A DNA stretch of 64,000 nucleotides from Octopus bimaculoides. Its lineage: Eukaryota. The stretch is from contig NC_068981.1 in assembly GCF_001194135.2 (NCBI RefSeq), positions 161,709,672 through 161,773,671 of the forward strand, given 5' to 3'. Each line of letters starts with the position of its first letter. The stretch's first letter is position 1. Below, piece by piece: positions 12,895 to 26,769 of this stretch. A program made the position numbers and the translations under genes. The notes below the pieces were generated by a model that was not told where the DNA came from, ran no database searches, and saw only the letters and a list, made by a program, of their open reading frames with translations.

Positions 12895-13515
12895 AGAGTA
12901 AGCACATAAATGCGAAACAAGGTGGAAAAATAGTACTCGAATACCAGAGGTAGAGTAATATGCTTTATTAAAAAGCAGCAAAAATATCACAAAAATTGTT
13001 ACTCAGAATTCACTAGTTTATCATCTCTACCTGTCTGTCTCTCTCCCTCCTCTACATTTCCCTCTTCTTTCTCTCTATTTCTTCAACATGTTGAGCTTAA
13101 ATATCCATTATACTTACAAATATCTACAGTAAAACAATGACTCCCACCCATAACCATCTAGTCCTTACAATATGTCAGTCTGGCTTATAAAACAATAAAA
13201 TCAAAACTGTCCGACAAATAGGAAAGTGAAACTCCGAGTAACAGTTTTTGTGATATTTCTGCTGCTTTTCAATAAAGTATGTGTGTGTGTGTGTGTTTGT
13301 GTGTCTGTGTTTGTCCCCCCACAACATTGCTTGACAACTAATGCTGGTGTGTTTATGTCCCTGTAACTTAGCAGTTTGGTCAAAGAGACCGATAGAATAA
13401 GCTCTAAGCTTACAAAGAATAAGTCCTGGGGTTGATTTGCTTGACTAAAGGCAGTGTTCCAGCATGGCTGCAGTCAAATGACTGAAACAAGCAAAAGAAT
13501 AAAAGAGTAAAAGAA
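12347..13515 (+). mobile_element. Family A SINE split by a composite insertion (12519-13279) in its microsatellite
   Basis: The head runs to about 12518 and the 3' half resumes at about 13280. Confidence 0.8.
13203..13248 (+). ncRNA. Degenerate minimal type-I hammerhead ribozyme-like motif
   Basis: Stem I aaaactgt/acagtttt (8 bp), core ccgacaa (degenerate CUGANGA), GAAA, stem III ACUC-C-GAGU, cleavage triplet GUA. Confidence 0.5.
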
Positions 13516-13660
13516 TATATGAGCTTCACAACGGTGCATGAGCTCCACAAATGTATATGAGTGCATTGGGCCCAGGCATGGCTGAAGGCCTTTACTTCAC
13601 CTACAGGAGGGCCTGAATTGGCTTTCATTCACTGCACAACTTTTTGGGCATCTTCCAAAA

Positions 13661-14158
13661 CGGTGGTTCTGAAAGTGGGCGGTACTGCTCCCCCCACCCC
13701 TTGAGGACAGTNNNNNNNNNNNNNNNNNNNNNNNNNNNNNNNNNNNNNNNNNNNNNNNNNNNNNNNNNNNNNNNNNNNNNNNNNNNNNNNNNNNNNNNNN
13801 NNNNNNNNNNNNNNNNNNNNNNNNNNNNNNNNNNNNNNNNNNNNNNNNNNNNNNNNNNNNNNNNNNNNNNNNNNNNNNNNNNNNNNNNNNNNNNNNNNNN
13901 NNNNNNNNNNNNNNNNNNNNNNNNNNNNNNNNNNNNNNNNNNNNNNNNNGGTGATTAAAAGGAGGCAATAAATGTAAAAATAACAAAATAATGGGTTAAT
14001 TAGGTCAAGTTTTATTTGTGAAAAGCAGTTGTTTTGAATTTGCTGCAGAAAGTGGTTTACGTTTGTGATGATGGTGAATGGTGGTGGTAGGGAGTGCTAG
14101 GAATGTCGCCTGGGTACCAAGGGGGTGGCCCCCCCCACACCAAGTTCGGAAATGGCTG
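13661..14158. mobile_element. hAT (Charlie-like) MITE spanning an N-gap
   Basis: Ends cggtggttctgaaagtggg and caagttcggaaatggctg; 8-bp TSD ttccaaaa/ttctaaaa. Confidence 0.55.
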
Positions 14159-14312
14159 TTCTAAAATAACCCCACCACAAGGTTAACAAAAGCCTTGTCA
14201 GTGAAATTGGGTAACATGGAAAATGTGTAGTAGCTCATCAAGTACACTGCACATGTAGTTCAAGAAACTAACTTTATTGCACATTGTGTCAAATTAAATC
14301 TGCTTGAATATC

Positions 14313-14718
14313 ATGCATGGCTATGTGGTTAAGAAACTTGCTTTCAACCATGTGGTTTTGGGTTCAGTCATACTGCATGGTACCTTTGTCAAGTGTGTTC
14401 TATACCCTCGGACTAACCAATGCCTTGTGAGTGAATTTAGTAGATGGATAGACAGAAACTGTTTGGAAGCCCATCATATGTGTGTGTGTGTGTGTCTGTG
14501 TATTTTTTGTTCTCCTCACTGCTTGACAACCAGTGCTGGTATGTTTACATCCTGTAAATTAGCAGTTCAGCTAGAGAAATTAATAGAATAAGGACAAGGT
14601 TGAGGGGAAAAAAATAAGTACCAGGGTTGATTCATTTGACAAAATATTCTTTAAGACAGTGCCCCAGCATGGTCACAGTCTAATGACTGAAACAAGTAAA
14701 AGATGAAAATAGAAAGAT
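14313..14718 (+). mobile_element. Family A SINE, decayed
   Basis: Head, internal (TG)n and tail 'ccccagcatggtcacagtctaatgactgaaacaagtaaaag'. Confidence 0.75.
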
Positions 14719-15470
14719 TAAACCGGATACAAGATTCATCGTGTGTGCGTGTGTGTGTGTGTGTGTGTGTAATTTCACTCATATTTTAGTCTGGGTGGTG
14801 GTGGTAGTGAAAGAGTGCTCAAAGCCATTACCAGTTCTTCATGACTGATGAGATTCATGCAGGTAATGTTTAACTCGAACATTTATAGATTGATGATATT
14901 TGCAGGAAAGAAATATGTGAATGAAGAAAAGGAATCCAGGGGAACACTCTTTTAGATGTGGGAGGTCTAAGTGTCAGGATGTTGTGAAGATGTGACAGGA
15001 GGAGGAAAGACAGATGGAGCTAGTGGTGCACAACTTTCTAGTTCAGGAGAATAGCAAGTTTCATAGTAATGGTAGAAGAGACAAAGGCAAGGATCAGTCT
15101 GTTGGGGGTTGGAGGTTTATGAATCTAAGGTCAGTCTATCCTTTGCCTTGATGTTTTATCCCCAGGCCAGCTCTTATCTAAGAAATTTATTGTCAAAGAT
15201 GCTCTATCTGTGACTATCATAATACAATATTAGGATAAAGACTTTATAAGAATTTATCAAGAAGTTAGCATGAAAAAACCTCATAAGGAAATAAACCATT
15301 TTTTTCCATAAATATATTTAATTTATATACGGGCATTACTATACAATAATGCCTCACGCTCAGAGGGACTCCATAAGTCATGTGACTATCATATCTTTTA
15401 TTATAATGCACTATATCCAGAGCTACATTGCTCATTTTGTCCCATTTTTGTAATATAATAAGGATGATTA

Positions 15471-15677
15471 AGGTGGTGAGCTGACAGAGTCGTTAGTACA
15501 CTGTGCAAAATGCTTAGCGACATTTCGTCTGTCTTTACATTCTGAGTTCAAATTCTGCCGAGGTTGACTTTGCCCTTCGTCTTTTGGGGACAATAAAATA
15601 AATACCAGCTGAGCACTGGGGTCAGTGTAATAGACTTACCCTTGAAACTGCTGGCTTTGTGCCAAAATTTGAAACCA
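15471..15677 (+). mobile_element. Family B SINE
   Basis: 'aggtggtgagctgacagagtcgttag...gttgactttgcccttcgtcttttgggga'. Confidence 0.8.
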
Positions 15678-16792
15678 GTATAATGGGAATGATTTAGCTT
15701 TGATTGCTATTTTTATCAGGATGAATGATCACACAGAGACATTACTCTTGGCTTGTTTTAGCCTTATATCATGGTGTAGGTGAGGTAATGCAGCCTAGAA
15801 TCTTTGTGACAGAAGCAGCTGTGTTCTGAATAAAATATATGAACTCTTCTTTATCCTATAACAATGATAGCTACTAATTTCTCTGTTAGAAAGGAAATAG
15901 CATGTTGATAGCAATAAATTGATCCTATCTAGATAGAGAGAATAAATATACAAACACAAAAATAACAAACAACAAATATTGCCATAAAAAGATAGCATCA
16001 ATTTTCTATAAATAATTTTTAGAAAGAATTTTGGAATTTATTTCATATGTGTGTGTTTGTGTGCAAGCACAAGCATGGCTCTGTGGCAAGAAATTTGCTT
16101 CGCAACCACATGGTTACAGTTTCATTCCTACTGTGTGGTACCTTGTGCATGGGTCTTCTATTATGCCCTTGAGCTGGCCAAGCCTTATGAATTTGGTAGA
16201 TGGGAACTGAAAGAAGCTTGTCATGTATATATTTTTTATAGTTTTATTCTGTTAAGAACATACCATACAGTATAAAGCTTGTCTACCTTCAGATTTCACC
16301 CTGTGCTATCCAGTAGTAGTATTATATGTACTTCTAGATTTGTATTTGGGCTTCTGTCCAACCATACTCCTTCTTGTTGACTACATTTTATTCAATTATA
16401 TATATATAATAGAAATAGGTTTCAAAGAATAAGCTTAAAAGCCTTAAAAAAATAAGGACTGGGGTTGATTCATTTGGTACCCCAACATGACTGAAACTAC
16501 TAAAAGATAGTGTGTGTGTAACTTGGAAGGAATATCTGGACATGAAATACTGTAAATTTAGTATAACAAATGTAGAAAAGTTCTTAAATTTGGAGAAATC
16601 TGTGTATTGTAAACCAAGCTGAATTAAGACCAACTGATTCCTTACATACAAGCCAGTAACATGGCCCTTTTGACCCTTCTGTTATCTGATAAGATATTAA
16701 GCTCTTGTAGCTGCTGTTGCATATGAAATAGAAGGTTGAAAGTTCAGTTTCCTTCTAGAGCTATTCCCAGACAAGATCCAGAATTATATTAA

Positions 16793-17012
16793 TCCTTTAG
16801 CATTCATATTAACCTGTCAAATGTAGTGATTATCTACTTACATAGTTGGAATTAATCAGGCGTTATTTTGCAGTGTTGAGATTTTGGTGATGTGATAGCT
16901 TATTTTTAAAAATGACATTGCAGTGTAGGTATGAGAGGTTAGACCTGGACAGTTTGAACAAAGAACAAGCAAAATATTTGAGATGGATATGGCTGGTATA
17001 AATACTAAAGGG
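16793..17012. mobile_element. piggyBac-like MITE
   Basis: TTAA flanks; ends tcctttagca and tactaaaggg; homologous to 48746-48966. Confidence 0.65.
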
Positions 17013-17399
17013 TTAATATTAGCATGTCTTTACTTAAAGTTAATTTTTAAAAAATACTAAATAACCCCAAATTTAATCAATTAAGAATTTTCCAAAACAC
17101 CTTTCCATGACAATCACCATAAAATCCTAGTTACTAGCCCACTCAAACCCACACACCCAAGAATGATTTTAACTCAACAGAGTCTATATAAAGGCAAGAC
17201 TAGCTCTAATGCATCACAGTCCAACAATGGACTTGCTGAAACTTTGAAGTCACTGTCAACAAAGTGTAGAGTAACCCATCAGATTAATGTAAAGTTGTTT
17301 TTATTAAAGCTGAACATAAAAACAAACATTAATGTGTGTGTGTGTGTATTACACATTAATATATAAGCAAATTATTTACCTGTTGCAAGTTATTTGGTA

Positions 17400-17700
17400 A
17401 CCTCGTCGGTGCTAGTGCCATGTAAAAAGCATCCAGTCCACATTGTGAAGTGGTTGGCATTTGGAAGAGCATCCAGCTGTAAGAACCATGCTAAAACTGA
17501 CCTCGCCTGTTCTGGTGCCATGTAAAAAGCACTCAGTCCACTCTATGGCGTGGTTGGCGCGCTAGGAAGGGCATCTAGCTATAAAAAACAAGGCCAAAAC
17601 AGATATGGTAGTCTGGTGTAGTCATCTAACTGGCTGGCTCCTGTCAACGTATCCAAACCCATGCCAGCATGGAAGACGGACGTTAAATGATGATGATGAT
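17400..17700 (+). mobile_element. RTE 3'UTR with an internal tandem duplication (about 100 bp unit)
   Basis: Two copies of 'gtgccatgtaaaaagca...gtggttggc...ggaag.gcatc.agct' followed by an (ATG)n tail. Confidence 0.65.
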
Positions 17701-18993
17701 GGTGGTGAACAAAAATAAAAGGATAAAACACAAAATTTCAATATTTTTTATTGGCTGTGGTTCAGTTGTTTTGGTTGTATCATAGTAAATGTTGTGCTAA
17801 AAAATCTCAGTGACCTGACCACCATTTTCCTTGTGCTAAGCATTTTCTTATTTGATTTAATGATGATGATAATGATATACATATGAGAGTGTACATGACT
17901 TTAAAAAATGGAAGTTTTGTTAAATACTGTAATTCTTGATAAATTATATGGAAATGAAAAATGAGCTGGTAGCAATCAGAACATATTTGGCCAAGCAGTA
18001 AAGGGGACAAGAATATGGCATTTCTAGGAAAGTTCTTCATCTGTGAGAGAAGAATTTTTTATGCTAATGGTGCCACTAAGAACACAAGTATGATGCTCTC
18101 TTAATTGTTTATAATTTTCCACCTCCTTGCTTAGCATGGCTTAGAATAAGTACTTCATAGCTTCTTTTGTAATTTTAATTTAGCCATCACATTTGAAGAG
18201 GAGTAAAATCTGTCACAAGGAGAATGGTGTTTCATGGGAAAGGTGTTAAAAAGGACATTCATCATCAATAAGGACCAAAGCTGTGACAGATGAACTTTGA
18301 CAAACTAATTAATCAATTAGTTAATTAACAATTATTTAGTTAATTGATAATAAAGCTGAAATAAAATACATCTAATGCATGTATTTTAATTGATAGCTTA
18401 ACCTCCACCATAAAGTGCAACAATATTCGTTTCAGGGCTAAAATTCACATTCAGAATCTTATAAAATAGATAATCATTACTGGCTCAACCATACGGAAAA
18501 CATATTCCTTGATACTATCTTTACAATAAATGTTTTCTGCTATAATTGCTGAAATAACTAAAATAATATTTGTGAATAATGACTTATATNNNNNNNNNNN
18601 NNNNNNNNNNNNNNNNNNNNNNNNNNNNNNNNNNNNNNNNNNNNNNNNNNNNNNNNNNNNNNNNNNNNNNNNNNNNNNNNNNNNNNNNNNNNNNNNNNNN
18701 NNNNNNNNNNNATATATATCTGTCATGAGGCATGAAAGTATACTAGCCTTTATATATTTAATACTCTATATTTAATACTCAATATTTCATATAAGACATT
18801 CAATACTTCATTTCATTTTACTATTTATATTATATATTCCATATTCTATATCCCACATTAATTTTATAAGAATATAAATAAAACACAAAAAAAACAGACA
18901 GAGTTGGAACTCTTTAAAATAATATATTCCTCTATACACGATCATACAAAACCCTTTTTTTAATATTTTTTAATTTTAATTTTTATTTTTATT

Positions 18994-19027
<34 letters not shown>

Positions 19028-19450
19028 GGTGAGTTAAATTAGAGGTTATAAAGACTGTCTAAGGGATACTTGTATCCAATGAATTTACTGGCGTTTTACC
19101 TAAAGGTTTTCAGAGGGATAGCATGTAACATCAATTGGAATATCCTTACTTTTTTTCTCTTTCTTTTTGTTTACTTTTCTGCTCTGATGAAGTTCCACTA
19201 TTTAAGTTGGTTTAATTAATTATTTACAATGATAATAATTATTATCATTGTAGTAATTAGGCCTGATTATGCCCTAAATAGCGCCAACAGAAACAGCTGT
19301 CAGATGAGATAATGTGTCTTTTTTTTTATAATCAATAAATAATAATTGATGTTTATCAACTATCAATTTTATCTCCATTTTCTTATTTTCCTTATATATA
19401 TGTGTGATTTTTTTTATTGCCCACAAGGGGCCAACATAGAGGGGAGTCCT

Positions 19451-19495
<45 letters not shown>

Positions 19496-20380
19496 TACTT
19501 ATTTAGGACTAAATCAGCAAATGTGGATAATTTGAGGGAATTTAGTTACTAGTTCTTGCAGATCAGGTGATCATATAAAGGCTTTTCCATTGGCTTCTCT
19601 GAATTACATCCACCATTTTAAAAAGGTAGGAAGGACATCCTGGATATTGTAGTGCCAGTAGATACACTGTATCTGAAATAAAAAGATTGGAAAGTTATAC
19701 CTGAAAAGTCTTTAATCATTGGACAATATGTAATAATAGATGGAAAATTGTTTACCATTCTTTCATACTGTGTTTAGCACCTGCAAGGAGACTACACAGT
19801 TATTTGATATTCAAGAAATAACGACCAAATCTCTCTTCAACCAGAAAGCTGAAGTTGTATGTTATTGGCACACTGGCTTTCTCTCCATTTTCTTTGTGCT
19901 GTTGTAACAACCAGCCACACTATCTCACAGGCAGCATGACTTCCAGTGTCTGCACACTGGATAAAGAAATTATAAACTGCCTCCAGAAAGCCATGTGTAA
20001 CCTTTGGAAGACACAAAAAATTTTTATTAAGTAACTATTTCTCCTTCCATTCCAAGATCCTTGTCTATCAGGCAAGTCTATGTTTCTATTCCTTTGTATT
20101 AGTGCAAGACATGAATCATATACATTTTATACAATAGAGCTCTCAAGGCCTTTAACATTTAGTGTAGTCTCCTGGTGACAAATAATTATGCTCAAAGAAA
20201 TTTTGTTGAAACAGCACAGCAGCATTTAATCTACATTGTAAAAATATCAACATAAATGGCTCAGATATGTACCACATCCATCTGCTTTATATTGTCCCAT
20301 AGGATATTCTAAGGCCATCTACACTGAGGACCACCACTTTGAGGATCAAAGATGCTGAAGAACCAAATGCCAGCTGAAAC

Positions 20381-20771
20381 CCAGTGCTGGATTAACCATT
20401 AAGCAAAATAAGCACATGCTTAGGGCATCAAGGGAAGGGGGTTTATCACAGAAATGAAAATGGTTTATGGCACAAATGAAATCACTTTGAACTTACTAAA
20501 ATAATATTCGTAATGCCTTATTTCTATTAAGTATAGAAGCAGAAGTTTTATGTAAAATTAATTTTAACAATATCATCAAAGACTTTGCAATTAGATTTTT
20601 AAAATGAAGGAGAAAACTTTTCAAATATAAATGAAGTGGAAGTATACAAAAATAAACATTATTTTCCATTTTAATGTTAGTTTTGTTTCATTTTGAAAAA
20701 TGCAAATTTATTTTATGGTTTATTATTGTAAATTTATTATTGTAAATTATATGGGTCTTAATCCAGCCCTG
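20381..20771. mobile_element. MITE, possibly hAT-like
   Basis: TIR cagtgctggattaa / ttaatccagccctg; imperfect 8-bp flanks gctgaaac/gtggaaac. Confidence 0.55.
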
Positions 20772-21673
20772 GTGGAAACATAGTATTATCAGAATAAGTA
20801 AGACAAGTGGAATGCCAGAAGATTTATAACAAGTCTCTTCAACCAAGCATTCACTATATCCCATCTGAAACTGAATGTATTCATCAAGAACTGGGATGGA
20901 CAGTCATCAAAAACTCCATAACTGAAGGAGGAGATGATTAATCTTGTATTTTATTGATAACCATAAGTGAGTGAGTGTTTGTATGCATGTGTGTATGAAT
21001 ATATGTGTGTGTGTCTCATCATTGTCTTCACTATTTAACATTCAATTTCCATGCTGGCATGAGTTGAATGGTTTAACAAGATCTGATAAGCTGCAAGGCT
21101 ACTTCAAGCTCCGATCTCAGCTTTGGCACAGTTTCTACAACTGGATGCCCTTCCTAATACTAGTGCTATATAGTGTGTACTAGGTGCTGTTTTTCTTTCC
21201 ACTGGCACAAGCACGGTGAACAAGTAACTTGCAAGAGAGAGGAAAAGAACAAAGGAAAAGAAAAGCCCACTTTAAAAAGTGATTGACTATTTGAGAAAGG
21301 GGAGCTAGCTTTATGCAAAATATTGGGAGGTAAAAGTATGAGAGATGGACAAGCATGGGTATCTTGCTCTAGAGGAGATATGTGACGACTCCACATTATA
21401 TAAAGGTGGGCAAGAGGAGCTGGGAAGAAGTAATGATGGGGTGCTGGAAAAAACCTTCAAGGAACAAGGAGAGAGAAACTTCTTGAAGTATAACTTTAAG
21501 TTTCACTGTACTGATTATTCAAATGATTGAATAAATGGTATTTTAAAATTACGGAACTTAAGAGCTATAATTCAAGAAGGTTCAGCTTATATATGTGTGT
21601 GTGTACGCGCATTCATGCGTGTGTGTATGTAAATACGCATACACGTACACACAGACAGACACACAAATACACA

Positions 21674-21743
<70 letters not shown>

Positions 21744-21970
21744 CTTTTATCACACAGCATATTCCATAATGGATTCACAGCATCATGCATAATGAACACC
21801 ATAATTAATCACCACTGCTGCTGTTCTTGCTTATGTTCAATATATTGATCTTCACCAGTGGTTTGCTATTATTCCTGGTATTTTCTTGGTGAACAAACTT
21901 ATGAAACTATCTATCTACCTGTGCGCATGTCTCTCTGTTTGTTGGTCTGCCTGTCTGTTTGTCTGTCCAT

Positions 21971-21972
21971 TC

Positions 21973-22042
<70 letters not shown>

Positions 22043-22086
22043 TTATCTATCTATCTATCTAGTTATCCATCTATCTATCTATTTAT
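21971..22086. repeat. (ATCT)n tetranucleotide microsatellite
   Basis: Seen directly in the sequence. Confidence 0.95.
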
Positions 22087-23479
22087 CTCTCCAGCCAGTC
22101 AGCCATTGGTCCATCTGTCTGTTTGTTTGTTCTCTTAGGAAATAATAATGGTATACTTGTTGTTTCTGAAATGTGTATGTACAGAGAGTTGTGTAAATGG
22201 TTATTGTTTGAATATATTTGTTCAAGTATTTTGGAAAACACTTTGCTTTCATCACTGTCTGGTGGCACCTACACGTGCTGAAAAAATCTAATTATTTGTG
22301 ATTAGTGTACATCAGTTCAACTGGTTTTCAAACTGTGAACATCTCATCATCTTTTAGGTCTTATTATATTCATAAATCTCATCCTGCATGTTTACCCAAT
22401 TTTTAGATAATTGTAGTAGTTTTTTTGATTAAGAAGCTTGCTTCCCAACTATGTGGTCTCAGGTTCAGTTCCATTGCATGGTATCTTAGGAGAGTATGTG
22501 GCTCATCGTGTATATATCATTGTCATCATCATCATTTATCATCCATTGTCCATGTTGGTATGGTTTGGACGGTATGACCAGGGCTGGTAAGCTGAGGGAC
22601 TGCACCAGACTCCAGTCTGATTTGGCATGGTTTCTACTGCTGGATGCCCTTCCTACCACTAGCCACTTTGACAGTGTAATGAGTGCTTTTACATGCCACC
22701 AGCATGGGTACTAGTTGCATGACACCACTATTTGTCACAACTAATATATATATAATAGGTACAGCCATGGTTGTGTGGTAAGAAGCTTGCTTCTGGGTTC
22801 AGCCCCACTGCATGGTACCTTGGACAAGTGTCTTCTAGTACAGCCTTGGGCTGACAAAAGCCTTATGAGTGTATTTAGTAGAAAGATTCCTGGACTGACC
22901 AGCACATTGTGTTCTTGATCAAAACACTTCATTTCATGTTGCTCTGCAATCATTTCAACATCTGATGTGTGGCACACTTGTGCCACCTGTACAGGCAATG
23001 TCAATTTGATGGAAGGAGTGAGCTGATGTACAACAAATACATTTGATCACTATAGACGAATTATGATATTTGTGCAAACCGAACACTCATATCATCATCG
23101 TCATCATCATTTAACATCTGTTTTCCATGCTTGCATGGGTTGGACGGTTTGACAGGAGCTGGCCAGTTGAAGAGCTGCCTGGGCTCCATGTCTGTTTTGG
23201 CATGGTTTCTATGCTGGATGCCCTTCATAACACCAACCACTTACAGTGTGTACTGGCTACTTTTACACAACACTGACATGGGTGCATTTACATGGCATCG
23301 GCACCTATGAGCTTGCAAGGTTAAGAAAAATACTCAGCTGGAAAGCGATGCTGGCAACAACCTCTATGAAAGCACAACCATGCTTTTACTTGGCTTGATG
23401 TATCTTTTCATGCACAGTAAACTACCAGGAGTCATAATTCCCTGTCATCCCCCATGTGAATTCCAATGTCTGTAGAAAG

Positions 23480-23935
23480 TGAAATCGTGATGGCACCTGT
23501 ACCAGTGGAGCGCTAAAAGCATGATCGTTGCCAGAGCAGCTGTCTGGCTTCTGTGCCAGTGGCAATAAATAGCACCATTTGAGCATGATCGTTATCAACG
23601 TCGCCCTCCTGGCACTTGTGCCGTTGGCACGTGAAAAGACATTCGAACGAGATCATTGCCAGTGCCCCTGGACTGGCTCCTGAGCAGGTGGCAATACACC
23701 ATTCTGAGTGTGGCCATTGTCAGTACCATCTGACTGACCTTCGTACCGGTGGCATGTAAAAGCACCCACATCACTCTCTGAGTGGTTGGTGTTAGGAAGG
23801 GCATCCAGCTGTAGAAACTCTGCCAAATCAGATTGGAGCCTGGTGTAACCACCTGGTTCACCAGTCCTCAGTCAAATCGTCCAACCCATGCTAGCATGGA
23901 AAGCGGACGTTAAACGATGATGATAATGATGATGT
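23480..23935 (+). mobile_element. RTE LINE 3'UTR with (GAT)n tail
   Basis: Homologous to 35230-35770. Confidence 0.75.
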
Positions 23936-25188
23936 AGATCATATATATAGTAGATCATATAATTAGCTGAATGAACTGACCCCGGTACTTTTTATTTTTA
24001 AGCCTGAAACTTATTCTATCAGTCTCTTTTGTCGAACTACGAAGTTATAAGAATGTACTAAACACACCAACACCAGTTGTCAAGCAGTGGAGGTGGGAAC
24101 AAACACAGACACAAAATCACGCACAGATTTGTATATGGTGTGTTTACATTCTTATAACTTAGTAGTTTGGCAAAAGAGATTGATAGAATCAATATCAAGC
24201 TTTAAAAAGTGCTGGGGTTGATTCATTCAACTAAAAGTTCTTCAATGCAGTGCCCCAGCATGGCCGCAGTCTAATGACTGAAACAAGTAAAAGAAGAAAA
24301 GAATGATGTGTGTGTGTGTATGTGTGTGGATATCACATGACTGTTGTATGCAAGCAAGTCTTCCAGTCGTCCATGAAAAACATGTCTTTCCATGTGAAAA
24401 TATTACCTTGCTTGGAAACAGGTGAGGATTGGTGACAGGAAGGGCATCCAGCTTTAGAAAAATATGCCTCAGCAAATTCCATTGAGCCATACAAGCATAG
24501 TGGAATATTGGTCATTAAATTATGCTGATGGATATGAGATCTGAATATGATTTAGCTGTTATCTCTAGCAAAGTAAGCAGCCTCTTAGTGGCTCCTTTGT
24601 TGATACTTCACAGCAGTTGTTTATGATAAGTGCAAGTCATACTAAATATCTCTCGACAGAAATACTGAGTCAGAACTTCGCTCTTTGCAAAATAATTTAC
24701 ACCATTTACGCTGCTATTTATCTTTTCATTAAATACTTACCTCAGACTTCACACCTTTATATCATGTTGGTGATGTTTATAAGTTGACTAAATTGATTTA
24801 TGAAAGTTACGAAACATACTCCATATTTATTTTCTTATCACAGCTTTGGCATCTTTTGAAGTAGAGTTTATCATATTTGGGATTTCTTGCATTCCTGCAA
24901 TTATTCCTTGTCTGGGAATATAGAATAGCATTAAGATAACATGGCAGAAGAATGAAAGGCAACAGATTGCATGTTCATGTGTGTGTATGCACGTGAGAGC
25001 ATGTGTGTTTATATGTGGTGTGATGGTGTGAGAGCATAGTATAAGTGAAATTGTGTGTGTGTATGTGTGTGTGTGTGTATGTATGAGTGTATGTGTGTGA
25101 TGATAAGTTACTTGCAAGATTTTTATAGGGATTCATTGTACAGTGTGTATGTGTGTGTGCATATATATGTGTGCGTGTTTATATATGT

Positions 25189-25264
<76 letters not shown>

Positions 25265-25649
25265 CTACATTCATACATAATCTTAAATATATATTTACAT
25301 ATGCATATGTCAATGTACCTCTTTGTGTGTGTGTGTGTGTGTGTGTGTGTTGGTGTGTCTGTCCATCATTCCGGTAGTAATGTTTCTCCAGAACCAATAT
25401 AGGTTAACTTTATTGATAATATGTAATATGCGAAATATAAAAAAGGAATATATGTGTCATGTTAAAATTTTGCTATTTTTATATATACTTTCATGCAGGC
25501 ACAAAAACACTCATCTATATACACATAGTTACATGTGCACACACATGCATGTCTACTCATATGCATATGAATATTCCATTTTTATAAACGTATACAAGTA
25601 TATATTTGTGTAGAGAAACATATAGCTGTTATGTGTATGTGTGTGTGTG

Positions 25650-25734
<85 letters not shown>

Positions 25735-26769
25735 GTACATAAGTAGCTACATTTTTACAATGACTTATATTCATGTGTTATTCTTTATAATTTGTATTTT
25801 GTATTGCAATTATTAAATAATGGCTCCATTGATTACAGGTTTCCAAGATGTCAATCACTGGTCAATGGTTCATTGCATTTCTGATGATGAGAATGACAAG
25901 GGGATATCTGTGTAACTAGGGGCAGAGTATGTATCACAAGGAGCTGCATTAGAAATACATTCTTTTTCCATGTCTTTTGCTAATGTCTACTTACATCTGT
26001 TACTGATACACTGATATACCTTGAAAAATGCATACAGAAAGGACATGCATACATATTAGGTATGACTGTGTCATTGAGAAGTCCACTTCATAATCACATG
26101 GTTTCAAGTTCCATCACACTGTAAGGTACCTTATATATANNNNNNNNNNNNNNNNNNNNNNNNNNNNNNNNNNNNNNNNNNNNNNNNNNNNNNNNNNNNN
26201 NNNNNNNNNNNNNNNNNNNNNNNNNNNNNNNNNNNNNNNNNNNNNNNNNNTCTTGCTATTTTGGTAGCGATTACATGCTTATCTCATCAACACATTGTGG
26301 AGATATCATCATATGAACATATATATATATATATATATATGTATAACTATGGAAGACTAGAGGGATTATTATTTGTATGGACTTAAAGATTGGTCGCTAT
26401 TTAGTATATAATTTAGTTATTGTAGGTTTACTATTAATGCTGATACAGACGTACATATATTTATGTGTTTCTTGTTGTAGTTTAATTTTAAAGTTAGTGT
26501 TTAATCCTGCCTATATTTGGTTGAATACTGTTGTACATAGGGTAAATGTGTTTGAAAGTTGTGTGTTTTGTTTTTTGGTATGTTTGTTCCCAAACAGCAC
26601 TTCTTTTAGTGCTGTTGATACTGCTGGATTGAATAGTACTGCCCAGGTGTCAAAACCATAATGATATCCGTGCAGCAGCTGATGATGGAGGTATGCTGGA
26701 GTGTTGGCATGGCTGTTTTTGTATATGTGGAATAGTGATATAACACATCCGTTTAATACATACTTATGC

